Of a stretch of 42,199 bases of DNA, positions 1 through 9,495 are shown piece by piece; within the stretch, counting starts at the first letter, position 1; every line of letters begins with the position of its first letter. The notes under the pieces are model-generated. The model made no database searches. It was not told the DNA's origin and saw nothing but the letters and a program-made list of their open reading frames with translations. A program made the translations under genes and the position numbers. This DNA is from a virus (Duplodnaviria > Caudoviricetes). The DNA lies in the IMG/VR virus record IMGVR_UViG_3300050331_000104, positions 1 to 42,199 of that record; one strand, given 5' to 3'.

Positions 1-645
1 ATGGACTTCCCGGATTTAATCAGCATCGGAAAATTTGGCACTATTTTGGCAGATCCTCCCTGGCTATTTCAAAATCGCACTGGTAAAGTAGCCCCCGAGC
101 ATAAACGTTTATATCGTTACCAGACGATGACCAATGAAGAAATCGCGGAGATGCCTATCGCTGAGGTTGCTTTGCCCCAATCACATTTGTATTTATGGGT
201 TCCTAATGCATTGATCCTCACAGGTTTGGAGGTCATGCAGGCCTGGGGATTTACCTATAAAACCAATCTGGTCTGGTACAAGATTCGCAAAGACGGTGGA
301 CCAGATCGTCGCGGGGTAGGTTTCTATTTTAGGAATGTTACTGAGATGGTTTTATTTGGAGTTCGGGGAAATCTGCGTACTCTTGCTCCAGGGCGACGGC
401 AGGAGAATATCTTGATCTCCCAGAAACGGGAACACTCCCGTAAACCCGATGAGCTTTATCCGATAATCGAAGCTTGTAGCCCTGGGCCTTATCTGGAGCT
501 ATTCTCTCGCACCCAACGAGATGGTTGGCAGACCTGGGGGAATGAAGTGGGCAAATATGGTGAACTTGACAATCAGGCCGAGGTATTAGATACCCAGCCT
601 TATCTCTTTCAGATGCGCGAGAAGAAGGAAAATTACGAAGATTAA
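1..645 (+). CDS. MT-A70 (IME4-like) family N6-adenine methyltransferase, probably host side of the junction
   Basis: ILADPPW catalytic motif, HLYLWVPN, WGFTYKT..W.K, and EHSRKP...YLELFSR..R.GW..WGNE, all typical of MT-A70 proteins. Confidence 0.9.
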   Translation: MDFPDLISIGKFGTILADPPWLFQNRTGKVAPEHKRLYRYQTMTNEEIAEMPIAEVALPQSHLYLWVPNALILTGLEVMQAWGFTYKTNLVWYKIRKDGGPDRRGVGFYFRNVTEMVLFGVRGNLRTLAPGRRQENILISQKREHSRKPDELYPIIEACSPGPYLELFSRTQRDGWQTWGNEVGKYGELDNQAEVLDTQPYLFQMREKKENYED

Positions 646-680
646 GAATTTGAAACGTGGTAAAATGGGCGCGCACAAAC

Positions 681-752
681 GCCCCCATAGCTCAGTGGAT
701 AGAGCGCTACCCTCCGGAGGTAGAAGCCCGCGTTCGAGTCGCGGTGGGGGTA
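681..752 (+). tRNA. tRNA-Arg (anticodon CCG); probable phage integration site
   Basis: Cloverleaf: acceptor GCCCCCA/TGGGGGT, D-arm GCTC-AGTGGATA-GAGC, anticodon arm CTACC-CT CCG GA-GGTAG, T-arm CCGCG-TTCGAGT-CGCGG. No encoded CCA. Confidence 0.95.
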
Positions 753-783
753 CACATTCATCGTTACAATAGGGGATAGAGGT

Positions 784-833
784 CCTACGTTTCAGGGATT
801 ATCGCCTACGTTTTAACCAAATGAATGACGTAG
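784..833. promoter_or_regulatory. Candidate integrase arm-type binding sites in the att region
   Basis: CCTACGTTT direct repeats at 784-792 and 805-813 (21 bp apart) and an inverted ACGTAG at 828-833, between the tRNA and int. Confidence 0.4.
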
Positions 834-843
834 AGGTTAATCC

Positions 844-1776
844 ATGAAGTTTTCGACTGCCATTCAAGGCTTTGTCATTGCCCGCATCTCTGAGGGATAC
901 GCACCTGAAACGCTCAAGAACTATACCATCCATCTCAATCAGGTGTGTGAATACTTACAGAATCCACAGGTTGAAGATATAGAAATCAACGATCTCCGCC
1001 TCTGGTTCTATCACTTGCGCACCAACTACATCCCGAATCGCAACAACGGTAATACTGAGCCACTGACCGAGACAGCTATTCACAGCAAATGGAAAGCACT
1101 GCGCTCGTTCTTCAACTGGGTAGCGCAGGAGCTACAAATACCCAACGTTGCTAAAGAGATTACCGCGCCCAGATATACAACCAAGGCGATCATTCCCTAC
1201 ACCCAGGCTGAAATCAAAGCCATGCTTGCCGCTTGCGAATATACCGAGCCAGCACACACAGGGAATCGCAAGTCCTATACACAACGTCGCCCAACTGCCT
1301 TGCGTGATAAGACTCTGGTCATGCTGCTCCTGGATACAGGTCTGCGCATTGGTGAAGTGTCCCGCTTGCGTCGTGCCGACCTGGATCTAACCACCGGTCA
1401 GCTTGTGGTCCGTCCCATGGGCAGGGGATTGAAGACCGCTGGTCGCTCAGTATATCTGGGTAAGGCCTGTCTGCGCCTGCTCTGGCATTACCTGACCACG
1501 CACGAGAGTGAATATATCTTTTGTGATATGAGCCTCGGTGCAATGAAAGAAATGATCTCTTACCTGGGTGATCGTACCCACATCCACGCGCATCCACACA
1601 AGTTCAGGCATACATTTGCCATCGAATACCTGCGCAATGGGGGAGATGTATTCACTTTACAACGCTTGCTGGGGCATAAATCCCTTGAAATGGTGAACAA
1701 ATACCTGACGATTGTGCGTGCCGACATTGAATCTGCCCACCGTCGTGCATCCCCCGTAGATAACTGGCGCCTATAA
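844..1776 (+). CDS. int: Tyrosine recombinase / phage integrase
   Basis: N-terminal SAM-like domain; LLLDTGLRIGEV (Arg), HPHKFRHTFA (HxxR), LLGH, and catalytic Tyr in MVNKYL. Confidence 0.95.
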   Translation: MKFSTAIQGFVIARISEGYAPETLKNYTIHLNQVCEYLQNPQVEDIEINDLRLWFYHLRTNYIPNRNNGNTEPLTETAIHSKWKALRSFFNWVAQELQIPNVAKEITAPRYTTKAIIPYTQAEIKAMLAACEYTEPAHTGNRKSYTQRRPTALRDKTLVMLLLDTGLRIGEVSRLRRADLDLTTGQLVVRPMGRGLKTAGRSVYLGKACLRLLWHYLTTHESEYIFCDMSLGAMKEMISYLGDRTHIHAHPHKFRHTFAIEYLRNGGDVFTLQRLLGHKSLEMVNKYLTIVRADIESAHRRASPVDNWRL

Positions 1777-2199
1777 CCTGAGCTCTTCCTGAATTGCCCG
1801 GTCGCAGTCCTCTTGCGTCTGCAGGTCTTTCCCCCACACTACATACGGTTCCCGGTTAAAGATAGCGGTCAAGGCGATCAGCTTCAGGGCTTCCGAGGGG
1901 CGCATATCCGCCGAATGCCAGTACTCGCCGTTCACTTCCAGGGCGCACGGGAACGGGTTATGCACCACAAAGTCGATGATGTACCCACCCACTACGGCAC
2001 TGCCGCCATAGACACTGACCTGAAATTCAAATTCAACCTTATACTTGAGCAGCGATAGATACACCCGCCATTCTTCCTGGCTGCCCGGTCGCTTCCCTTG
2101 GATCAACCCCATGGGTTCATCCACTTTAGGCTCAGACACCGCTCCTTGCACCCGGGTCTCTTGCTTCTTCCGTTTCGGCGTAGGATACCTGAATGTCAT
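1771..2199 (-). CDS. DUF559/Vsr-like PD-(D/E)xK endonuclease
   Basis: S.EE...Y..L, F..Q, YIIDF, ALEVNGEYWH motif pattern. Confidence 0.7.
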   Translation of the reverse strand: MTFRYPTPKRKKQETRVQGAVSEPKVDEPMGLIQGKRPGSQEEWRVYLSLLKYKVEFEFQVSVYGGSAVVGGYIIDFVVHNPFPCALEVNGEYWHSADMRPSEALKLIALTAIFNREPYVVWGKDLQTQEDCDRAIQEELRL

Positions 2200-5100
2200 T
2201 AGATTTCCAGGAACGTCATCTGGCAGATCCAGGTTTCCTTGCCCGTTTCTTTATCTTTCAAGATTCTTAATCGTCGCACTGGCACACTCGAAGGCTTCAC
2301 CAATTTGCTATCTTCAAACGAGCTGATAGAGTTCATGGTAATAGGGAGAGCCGAAGCCACCCAGGTATCCAATGTGTTACGTTTGGTCAAAGCACTATCC
2401 GCTTCTGTCTCTCCCAGAAGGTTAATATCCTGGTCACTCAATCTAAACGTGAGTGTATAGGTGTACTTCACCTCAAATATACTGAGCGCTTTAAGAATAT
2501 CAGCTATTAGAACTGGAGTCTTGGTATTGTCAGTTGTATAGAATCTCAGTCGGAATTGAATCCATCTCCCAGATACATTGTTCGCCGTGGCCAGAGATAT
2601 CTCTTGATAGGGTGAAGTATCGAACACGTCTGATATCTCGGTCCAGGTGGTAATGGTGTCCGTCTTGTAATCCGCCCGGATCGTGACACCTGCAGCCAGC
2701 TGCTCAGTAGCGAGTTTTAGGCTGTGAAAATATTTTTGTATATCCCTTCGCCCGCCGTAGATTCTCCCCGTTTCCAGAAAACCCTCGTGCGTATAGGTGT
2801 ATTCCGTATCACTCAGCGGGTTCCAACTGATCGGGATCCACAATATTTCCCAGCCCTGCCGGAACCACAGCCGCTTGATCGTTGTTCCCTGGATGCTCTG
2901 GATTCCGCCGCCTCGGATGCGCACGCCCTTGCGTGGAGCCCGGTACACTTCATGCCAGCCGGAGTTCTTGTACATCAGGATCGATGAGAAGTTATTCGTC
3001 CCGCCATCATCCAGCAAATAGACTCTGCCCGGAAAACTCAGCAGCGTGCGTGGTGTACCCTGGCGATTCTCGGGCAGCCCCTCGTCCAAGTCGGGTCCGA
3101 TATCTTCCATTACCCGCGAGTAGTAGCGCTCCAGCTTATTCCCCAGGTTGAGATACATATACACATCGTTGATTGTAAATCCCAACCCGGTTGCGCTATC
3201 CTTCACACTCTTCAGCTCGCCCAGGGGTAGGGGGACGATTGCATCATTGTTCTGGGATTGGATTTCGTAGACCTGGTTCTCACTCCTGATCCACACATTA
3301 TCCCGTGGATCGTCCGCCGATCCTGCGTACACGCCCAGCCCATTGATCCGGGAGTCGTTGGGCATGGGGGAGTACTTCAAAGAATCACTCAGGATGCGGA
3401 TTCCGCCGCTTAGGTAGATGGTTTGCTCTGCAAGGTTAGTGTCAAGCTGTACCCCAATACTGAGTACCTTGCTGCCATCCCCGCCGGCAGCTGGTCCCTT
3501 CATCAGCGGTTGGTGATCGACCACTACCCAGGTGTTCACACCCGCACTTAAAGCGGGCAGGCTGATTTCAATCGGTGTCCCACCCAGGGCCGCTGTATCC
3601 GAATACAGTAGGTCAACATCTGCCGCCGCAGTGTCGATTGAGCTGGACATAGCTACTGCCAGCTTGTTGCCCTGGGTGATATCGACCGCCGTTGGCAGAT
3701 TGTACATTGCCACGATCCCGGTTGCAAAAGCCCCGGCAACAAAGATTTTCGTCGCCCCGTCATGTGTCGATTGTGTGACGTTGGCGATCCCCCCGACCGT
3801 GCTATCCCAGGGTATATCTGTTGGCGCCATCTCGCCCAGGTCGTAGTATAGATTCCCCCATAAAGTCGGCACCTGACCGCGCCATACTGCGTTACCATAG
3901 TTGGCGTGCCGGTTCCGGGATCCCCACACGTAGGTTATCCCGGTCGGGTAGCGCACACTTGCCAGGTATACTGCCTGGTCTGCATCGTCCGCTGCTCGGT
4001 CTGTCCAAACACCGGCGGCATTATATGCTTGATATCTGCGAACCTTGTCTGTGCCAGCGTCGCCGCGAGCGAAGTAAATACAATCGCCGGCAATGCAGTA
4101 ATCCGTGACGAATGCTGCCAGGTCCTCGACGGTCTGCCACTTGTTAGAACCCTGAATTACATACTCAGTATCGGTGGTGTGCGCCACATTCCACGCCGGT
4201 GATACAGTCAGAGATGTGGCATCGTTCCCGCTGATCTTGCGCCAGGGCTGGGTCTCTTCCGATCCCGGGCCGCGCGTGATCAAAACAAAGCAGTCAATAA
4301 ATTCGTTTGCTGACCAGGCTTTTGTTGCATCAACAAGTTTTGTTTTATCCCCGGCGTTGGAGTCCGCCGCGCCGCGGTCGCCGTTCAGCTCCAGCTTGCT
4401 GGCCGTGCCGTCATCCGGCTGGGTGCAGTGATACCATCCGCCTTTATACTCAAACAGGAATCCCGATCCATCTTTCCCCGCTGCCAGCACTCGGTAGTAG
4501 AATCCGCCCGGGTCCACATAAGTCCAGGCTGCGCCGTCCGCAGATACATTCCGGTCTGCAGCGGTGGAGATCCCCGCTACTTCCCAGTGGTTCGCCAGGG
4601 TTGCACCTGCGCCGCCATATACCACAAGATCATAGGTTGTACCGCCGACCAGGGCAGTAGAAGCAATGTCAAATGCCAGCCAGAAGGATTCCCCCGCGTC
4701 ATAATTGGCGGACACAAGAGTCTTGGTTGCTCCGGCGATCAGCGCGTTGGGTGTTCCTGCTGCATCCGTATACAGAGCAGCGACAATATTCCCGCCGCCT
4801 GTTCCGACCTTTTTCAGCAGCAACTCGATCCTGACTACGTTCATATTCGCCGAAGGTGTTACATAGCTGGCAACATACCGAGTAGTTCCATACAACGTGT
4901 ACCAGGCATCCACCGCTCCGGGCGTGCGTGTCACCGATAATCGCTCAGTAGTAGGTAAAGTGGTGTACTTCTCCTGCGGTCCCAGGACTACCCGCTCCGC
5001 CCGGATGGTATCCAGCCGCTTGCTGTCATAGAACCGGGTAGAGTCATCGTCCAGGATCAGCTTGCCCCGGCCGCCCGAGAAGTTCTCCTGGACCAGCGCC

Positions 5101-5303
5101 ATAAAGGGCAGCTCTTCATCGCTGTAAGTCGGGCTGCTTGAAGCCGTGCGAATGGCCGAGCTGGGCATCGGGTTGCGCTCGATCGCGCTGGCGTTGGCAT
5201 TCCCCTTGGCGTCGCACAGAATTAAACCTAATTCCATCGCTCCCTGACTCAGCTTGATATGGTGGGTTGCCCTTCTTACAGTGGGTGATACGATGATTGC
5301 CAT
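2199..5303 (-). CDS. Large tail/nozzle-type virion protein (tail tubular protein B-like) with inserted beta-sandwich domains
   Basis: 1034 aa, beta-rich, in the tail module; C-terminal ETG...G....K.F..L...GRWIQFRL pattern seen in podovirus nozzle/stabilisation proteins. Confidence 0.6.
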   Translation of the reverse strand: MAIIVSPTVRRATHHIKLSQGAMELGLILCDAKGNANASAIERNPMPSSAIRTASSSPTYSDEELPFMALVQENFSGGRGKLILDDDSTRFYDSKRLDTIRAERVVLGPQEKYTTLPTTERLSVTRTPGAVDAWYTLYGTTRYVASYVTPSANMNVVRIELLLKKVGTGGGNIVAALYTDAAGTPNALIAGATKTLVSANYDAGESFWLAFDIASTALVGGTTYDLVVYGGAGATLANHWEVAGISTAADRNVSADGAAWTYVDPGGFYYRVLAAGKDGSGFLFEYKGGWYHCTQPDDGTASKLELNGDRGAADSNAGDKTKLVDATKAWSANEFIDCFVLITRGPGSEETQPWRKISGNDATSLTVSPAWNVAHTTDTEYVIQGSNKWQTVEDLAAFVTDYCIAGDCIYFARGDAGTDKVRRYQAYNAAGVWTDRAADDADQAVYLASVRYPTGITYVWGSRNRHANYGNAVWRGQVPTLWGNLYYDLGEMAPTDIPWDSTVGGIANVTQSTHDGATKIFVAGAFATGIVAMYNLPTAVDITQGNKLAVAMSSSIDTAAADVDLLYSDTAALGGTPIEISLPALSAGVNTWVVVDHQPLMKGPAAGGDGSKVLSIGVQLDTNLAEQTIYLSGGIRILSDSLKYSPMPNDSRINGLGVYAGSADDPRDNVWIRSENQVYEIQSQNNDAIVPLPLGELKSVKDSATGLGFTINDVYMYLNLGNKLERYYSRVMEDIGPDLDEGLPENRQGTPRTLLSFPGRVYLLDDGGTNNFSSILMYKNSGWHEVYRAPRKGVRIRGGGIQSIQGTTIKRLWFRQGWEILWIPISWNPLSDTEYTYTHEGFLETGRIYGGRRDIQKYFHSLKLATEQLAAGVTIRADYKTDTITTWTEISDVFDTSPYQEISLATANNVSGRWIQFRLRFYTTDNTKTPVLIADILKALSIFEVKYTYTLTFRLSDQDINLLGETEADSALTKRNTLDTWVASALPITMNSISSFEDSKLVKPSSVPVRRLRILKDKETGKETWICQMTFLEI

Positions 5304-5306
5304 GAT

Positions 5307-6104
5307 TTACCACATCCCCATGTGTGGGTCTTTGGGTACTCTTGGAATCGGGATCCGCTTGACGAGTTCCGCCTGCCCCAGGGCTTCGTTGAGTCTGCTG
5401 GTGATCCAGGGCTCGTCACTGTGAGTCTGTCCCGACCGCCAGCGTAGGGCATGCACAGCGGCAGGCCACACCACCCGCTCCACTTCGATGTGGTCGCTGA
5501 TTGTACTGGTGTCGCTGGTGAGCTCAGTATAGTGTTTGGTCTGGTAGGTGAGCCGGATTACATTCCCCGTTTCAGCAGGTGCGTAGCCAGGATCGAATTT
5601 GATCTTGCCTTCGTTGTGCAGCTCTTCCCAGTGGTAGTTGGGGAAGAAGTCTGCATCTGTGTCGGTGGTTTCCTGGACTTCCACTTTGAGAACGTTATAC
5701 ACGCCAGCAGGTAGGGTATATTCCAATTGGTCTGCTACCGTCGTGAGTGCCAGGTTGCGCGTCGGCAGGGGTCCTATCTCCTGCAATGCTTGATTAATCG
5801 CTTGCCTGAGCTGGTATCTTGGATAATCCCGAGGGATCACTGCGTACCGGTCCGCAGCGGCACACGCGGCACCAGGTGTAACGAATGTGAATGTCTTAGT
5901 TGCTAGATCCCAATCGCTCACGATGGCAGTTTTCCCCGCATTAAGACCGGATAGAAACCAGATCGTGCCATTGGTGAGATAGTCATCCACCTCCGTGCGT
6001 GCCGTATCCACCAGGGTTGTAGCGTTCCCCCCCGTTGCTACCGATGTAATGACATCTGTTACCAGTCGGGCGAGTTCGAGCGTTGCGCTTGCGAGAGTTG
6101 TCAT
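5307..6104 (-). CDS. Head-tail adaptor / tail tubular protein A-like
   Basis: L...IN.AL..I and TVADQLEYTLP motifs typical of adaptor proteins; directly upstream of the nozzle-like gene. Confidence 0.6.
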   Translation of the reverse strand: MTTLASATLELARLVTDVITSVATGGNATTLVDTARTEVDDYLTNGTIWFLSGLNAGKTAIVSDWDLATKTFTFVTPGAACAAADRYAVIPRDYPRYQLRQAINQALQEIGPLPTRNLALTTVADQLEYTLPAGVYNVLKVEVQETTDTDADFFPNYHWEELHNEGKIKFDPGYAPAETGNVIRLTYQTKHYTELTSDTSTISDHIEVERVVWPAAVHALRWRSGQTHSDEPWITSRLNEALGQAELVKRIPIPRVPKDPHMGMW

Positions 6105-6268
6105 GGGCTATCCTGCGCTTCTTGCTTCTGTTGTTTTGCAAGCTCTTGCTCGATAATCGGTTGCTCCAATTTTGAAACGAGCTGCCTGATAAATAACTTC
6201 TCTGCCTGTGTCATGGGCGTTCTATTCAGCAATTCCGCCAGGGCAATTAGTTCTTCTTTGGTAAGCAT
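6101..6268 (-). CDS. Small helical hypothetical protein (possible tail-fibre chaperone)
   Basis: ATG at 6268 with GGAGGA RBS; follows the tail fibre gene; ATGA overlap with the next gene. Confidence 0.5.
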   Translation of the reverse strand: MLTKEELIALAELLNRTPMTQAEKLFIRQLVSKLEQPIIEQELAKQQKQEAQDSP

Positions 6269-6276
6269 ATTTCCTC

Positions 6277-7599
6277 CTAGCTTGATGTAACCGTTTCCCA
6301 CCCAGCAGCGCCGCCAACCATCAGTTTGTTGGATGTGGTATTGAAGTATAGAGCGCCCTTCTCGTATGCAGGTGCAGATGCAGCAGCTTTTAGAACGGGT
6401 ACAAGTTTCCCGACGATAACCCTCACATCACCACCGGATGTTACACGCAGTTTTTCAGTAGCCGTCCCACCTGTTGCGGTGGTAACAATCAAATCACCTG
6501 TGTTATCCGCACCGGCTCGCACTGCGCCGATCTGCGCCAGGGTAGCCGATGCGCTGGTATCATCCTGAATATTCAGGGCGATGACCGGCCCAAAGCCGTC
6601 AGCCATATCATCCGAAGTCTTAGCCAGCAGTGTGGCCAACGTCGCTACCCCTGTGGTTATTGACAAGGATCGGGTCGCCTGTATAGGTGTGCTGGGAGAT
6701 GTAAGGGCAATGCCGCCCGCGTCGGTGGTCAGCCCGCCGCTTCGGATAGTTACTGTTCCTCCAAACGATACCGCCCCTGCATTGGTGTAAATGGCATAGT
6801 TGGCTGAGCCGCGCGTCATAGCGGCAATGTAAAGACCATAGTTGGTCGTAATTGTTCCAGCCCCTATTGGGTCTTCCGCGTAAAAGCCAAACAGCGCGGT
6901 TACATTCCCACCCGTAATATTAGGCCACGATCCAAAACCGTAGTATATGCCAAGCGTGCCTGCCCCCGCGTGTTCGTTGCGTGCCTGAAAGCCGATTATA
7001 TGGTTGAGGTTGTTTACGCCACCTGTCTCAGCCATCGCATCATACGACGCGTAAGACCTGTCTGTGTCGCCGCTAAAGATAGATGCGTCATGGAAAGCAC
7101 GCGCGTTCAGTGTGTCCGTCAGTACCCTAGCTATGGTCAGTCCGGGTAACGATGATTTCAAATCGTCCGTACCAATGAACTGAGAGACAGTAAATACATT
7201 CTCAGTGCCCAACAGCGCCGGCATCCAGTCAGCAATCACAGGGGTAAGCGCACCATAAACCGCAGTATACTGAGCATTTGCGGCCGCCAACATGCCGGCA
7301 GTGACAACGGTTCCGACCGGACCATACCACCGGGCATTCATTACCGGGGCATCCAGAATCAAGACTATTTCATCTGGGTCATGATAATAGGCGAGAGCTG
7401 CAACCGTTATGTCTCTGTTCTCTACTGAGACTACTTCTTTGAGCTCTGCCCTGTCAGTGTATGCACCTACCACTACCCACTTAAAAGCCGTAGACGTTGG
7501 AGCAGTGCGTACGCGCAGCGTAGTACCGGCAGGCCCGGACCATCTTTCAAGTCGGGTTGATCCCGACCGTTCTACTTCAGCCACACCACCCCACGTCAT
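6277..7599 (-). CDS. Tail fibre / receptor-binding-like protein
   Basis: Gly/Thr/Ala-rich beta repeats (NYGLYI...NYAIYT), TEKLRVTSGGDV and GALYFNTTSNKLMV..GWE tail-fibre motifs. Confidence 0.7.
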   Translation of the reverse strand: MTWGGVAEVERSGSTRLERWSGPAGTTLRVRTAPTSTAFKWVVVGAYTDRAELKEVVSVENRDITVAALAYYHDPDEIVLILDAPVMNARWYGPVGTVVTAGMLAAANAQYTAVYGALTPVIADWMPALLGTENVFTVSQFIGTDDLKSSLPGLTIARVLTDTLNARAFHDASIFSGDTDRSYASYDAMAETGGVNNLNHIIGFQARNEHAGAGTLGIYYGFGSWPNITGGNVTALFGFYAEDPIGAGTITTNYGLYIAAMTRGSANYAIYTNAGAVSFGGTVTIRSGGLTTDAGGIALTSPSTPIQATRSLSITTGVATLATLLAKTSDDMADGFGPVIALNIQDDTSASATLAQIGAVRAGADNTGDLIVTTATGGTATEKLRVTSGGDVRVIVGKLVPVLKAAASAPAYEKGALYFNTTSNKLMVGGAAGWETVTSS

Positions 7600-7601
7600 G
7601 A

Positions 7602-8102
7602 TTACCTCCCTATGCTCATTGCACGGATCTTGTCCGCTTCACGAGCTGCGACCTCAGCCTGGTTGCGCTCCAGGGCACGCTTGTTGATCAGTGCGTCTCG
7701 CTCGGCCAGGTGCTCGGCATCAAAATACTGAGCAACATAGTGGAAGTCAGCGACCAGAACTTTCACCGCACGCTCGGCGGAGCTGATCTTCTCACGTTCT
7801 CGGATGGCTTCACGTTCTTTTTCGGTGTACTTCTCCAGTTGCGATTCCTTCATTGGCTGGATCACAAACGCTCCAACCTCCTGATCCTTACGAATGAAGG
7901 CCTGGCCACGAACGAACGTAATCCCCCACACCACACCATCATAAAGTGGGTTGGGCGTGGTGATCAACCAACCTTCGTTCTTGGCATGCAGGTCATTGAG
8001 TTTCTGGTTTTGCTCAGTAATAATCTGATCACGCTTCGCCAGCTCTGCCTGTAACGCTGCGAGCTTTGCTTCGAGTTGTTCCTTCGTTTCTACCGCCGTC
8101 AT
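7602..8102 (-). CDS. Hypothetical phage protein with coiled coils
   Basis: 166 aa ORF coupled to neighbours, RBS present. Confidence 0.6.
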   Translation of the reverse strand: MTAVETKEQLEAKLAALQAELAKRDQIITEQNQKLNDLHAKNEGWLITTPNPLYDGVVWGITFVRGQAFIRKDQEVGAFVIQPMKESQLEKYTEKEREAIREREKISSAERAVKVLVADFHYVAQYFDAEHLAERDALINKRALERNQAEVAAREADKIRAMSIGR

Positions 8103-8416
8103 GATTCTTTCCTCCGTCTTGTATCTGCATACTTAGCCGGGAGTCCTGCCCCCGGTTTCATTACTTGGTCCGGGCTGAAGCGGGGTGCTTTCTTGCCCTT
8201 CTTGCGCGCCCGGTATCTTTTGTAGTTTTCGTCCATCCACTCAGTAAGGATCTCGCCCGGGTTGTAATAGACTCTCACGCTCTGCGGGATCCGCTGCATC
8301 CTGGCCCCGCACTCCTCGCAGCACAGTACTGGATTCTCGTGCATGCCATGTTGCACTTCCAGCCTGGCGTGGTCTGCGATATTCTTGCTGCATCCGTACA
8401 CGTAGGTTGGCATCAC
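8099..8416 (-). CDS. FmdB-family zinc-ribbon protein
   Basis: MPTYVYGC...H..E.......C..CG..M.RI motif. Confidence 0.75.
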   Translation of the reverse strand: MMPTYVYGCSKNIADHARLEVQHGMHENPVLCCEECGARMQRIPQSVRVYYNPGEILTEWMDENYKRYRARKKGKKAPRFSPDQVMKPGAGLPAKYADTRRRKES

Positions 8417-9492
8417 ATTCTCCGTATATATCGCAGTAGGATCCTGCGCAGTCGGCCTCTTCCCAGGGGTATATCCACATCAGGCCCAAGTACGCTGGTC
8501 ACTGCATTCGCTGGATCAGGGGTAACACTTACATTCCCACCAGTGATTGCCACGGTCGGGTTGACAATCGCGCCAAACGCCTCTGCCAGTTTATTGGCTA
8601 TCGTTATTGCTCCCTGAATTACCCCACCCAGGATTGTGCTGCTTACTCCCCCTACCGGGTCAGGTGTCAGGCTCAGGCTGCCTTTGACAACAGTTGGGTT
8701 GACAATACTAGCAATAGCTTCGGCTATCTTGTTGGCAATCGTGACAGCTCCTTGTACTACAGTTGGTGTCACTACTCCAGATACACTTCCTGCAGGATTA
8801 GGGGTGATACTCACCGACCCCAGCACCGTGGTCGGGTTGATCGTTGTGGAGACCGCCGAGACCGCAGCGGGGGTGACGGTTACGCCAGCCGCATGATGGT
8901 TAACAACCAGCTTCGGGCGGTAGCCTGCTGTGGCATAGTCGCTGGACCCCATATTCCCACAGCCCGCGCTGGTCACAATCAATAGACCATAATTGTCTGT
9001 ATCACTTCCAAACCAGGTCTCTACCAGGGCAGCCGGCAGGGTGATCTGGTACTCGGTGCCGTTGGCGTCTGATCGGTTGCCGCTTACCGTTCCCAGGGCA
9101 GTCGCATCATAATCTGTGCCGCTGGTAGATAGCCCAGCTGATCCAGCCCATCCGACCGTGTTGTACTCTTTGTAATCCCAGCACGGCTCACCTGTGCCAG
9201 CCGTGGCATTATTTTTTGTCCCTTCGATCCAGTCCCCGTTAGCCAGCAGGATTTTATAGGCCGTAAGGGTGAAAGCCAGCGCTGCTGACGATCCGACCTG
9301 AAACAGGCTGAGTACCGCACTATCACAAATGTCCGTTGCCGGGATCGCAGACAGACTCATCCGTAGCAGCATCCTGTCAACTGTCGAACTAAGGAGCGAC
9401 CCGGTTATGCCATAGTTACGGGTTGGCTGTGTACTATTGACCTTGGTGTCAATACCCGCAGTACCATCCGGTTGGACCGTGGTGGTGGTCAA
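8413..9492 (-). CDS. DNRLRE/CBM96-like domain virion protein with a repetitive C-terminal stalk
   Basis: D......P..NYG, R.LL...LS.IP....I.SA.L.L, NYGLLI, SSD....RPKLVV pattern, then ~23 aa repeats; TTG start with AAGGAG RBS. Confidence 0.7.
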   Translation of the reverse strand: MTTTTVQPDGTAGIDTKVNSTQPTRNYGITGSLLSSTVDRMLLRMSLSAIPATDICDSAVLSLFQVGSSAALAFTLTAYKILLANGDWIEGTKNNATAGTGEPCWDYKEYNTVGWAGSAGLSTSGTDYDATALGTVSGNRSDANGTEYQITLPAALVETWFGSDTDNYGLLIVTSAGCGNMGSSDYATAGYRPKLVVNHHAAGVTVTPAAVSAVSTTINPTTVLGSVSITPNPAGSVSGVVTPTVVQGAVTIANKIAEAIASIVNPTVVKGSLSLTPDPVGGVSSTILGGVIQGAITIANKLAEAFGAIVNPTVAITGGNVSVTPDPANAVTSVLGPDVDIPLGRGRLRRILLRYIRRM

Positions 9493-9495
9493 TGG

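Noticed and set aside
1-645. MT-A70 gene as part of the prophage or as writer of the octamer
   Set aside because: It lies on the other side of the tRNA attachment site and contains only a 7/8 match (339-346); nothing in the sequence links it to the motif.
690-697. tRNA D-arm GCTCAGTG as the source of the iterated octamer
   Set aside because: It is a 7/8 match, but AGCTCAG is the generic tRNA D-arm sequence and the phage sites share no further tRNA sequence, so it is likely coincidence.
2199-9492. Diversity-generating retroelement or invertible tail-fibre cassette
   Set aside because: No reverse transcriptase, invertase or duplicated TR/VR segment was noticed in the window.
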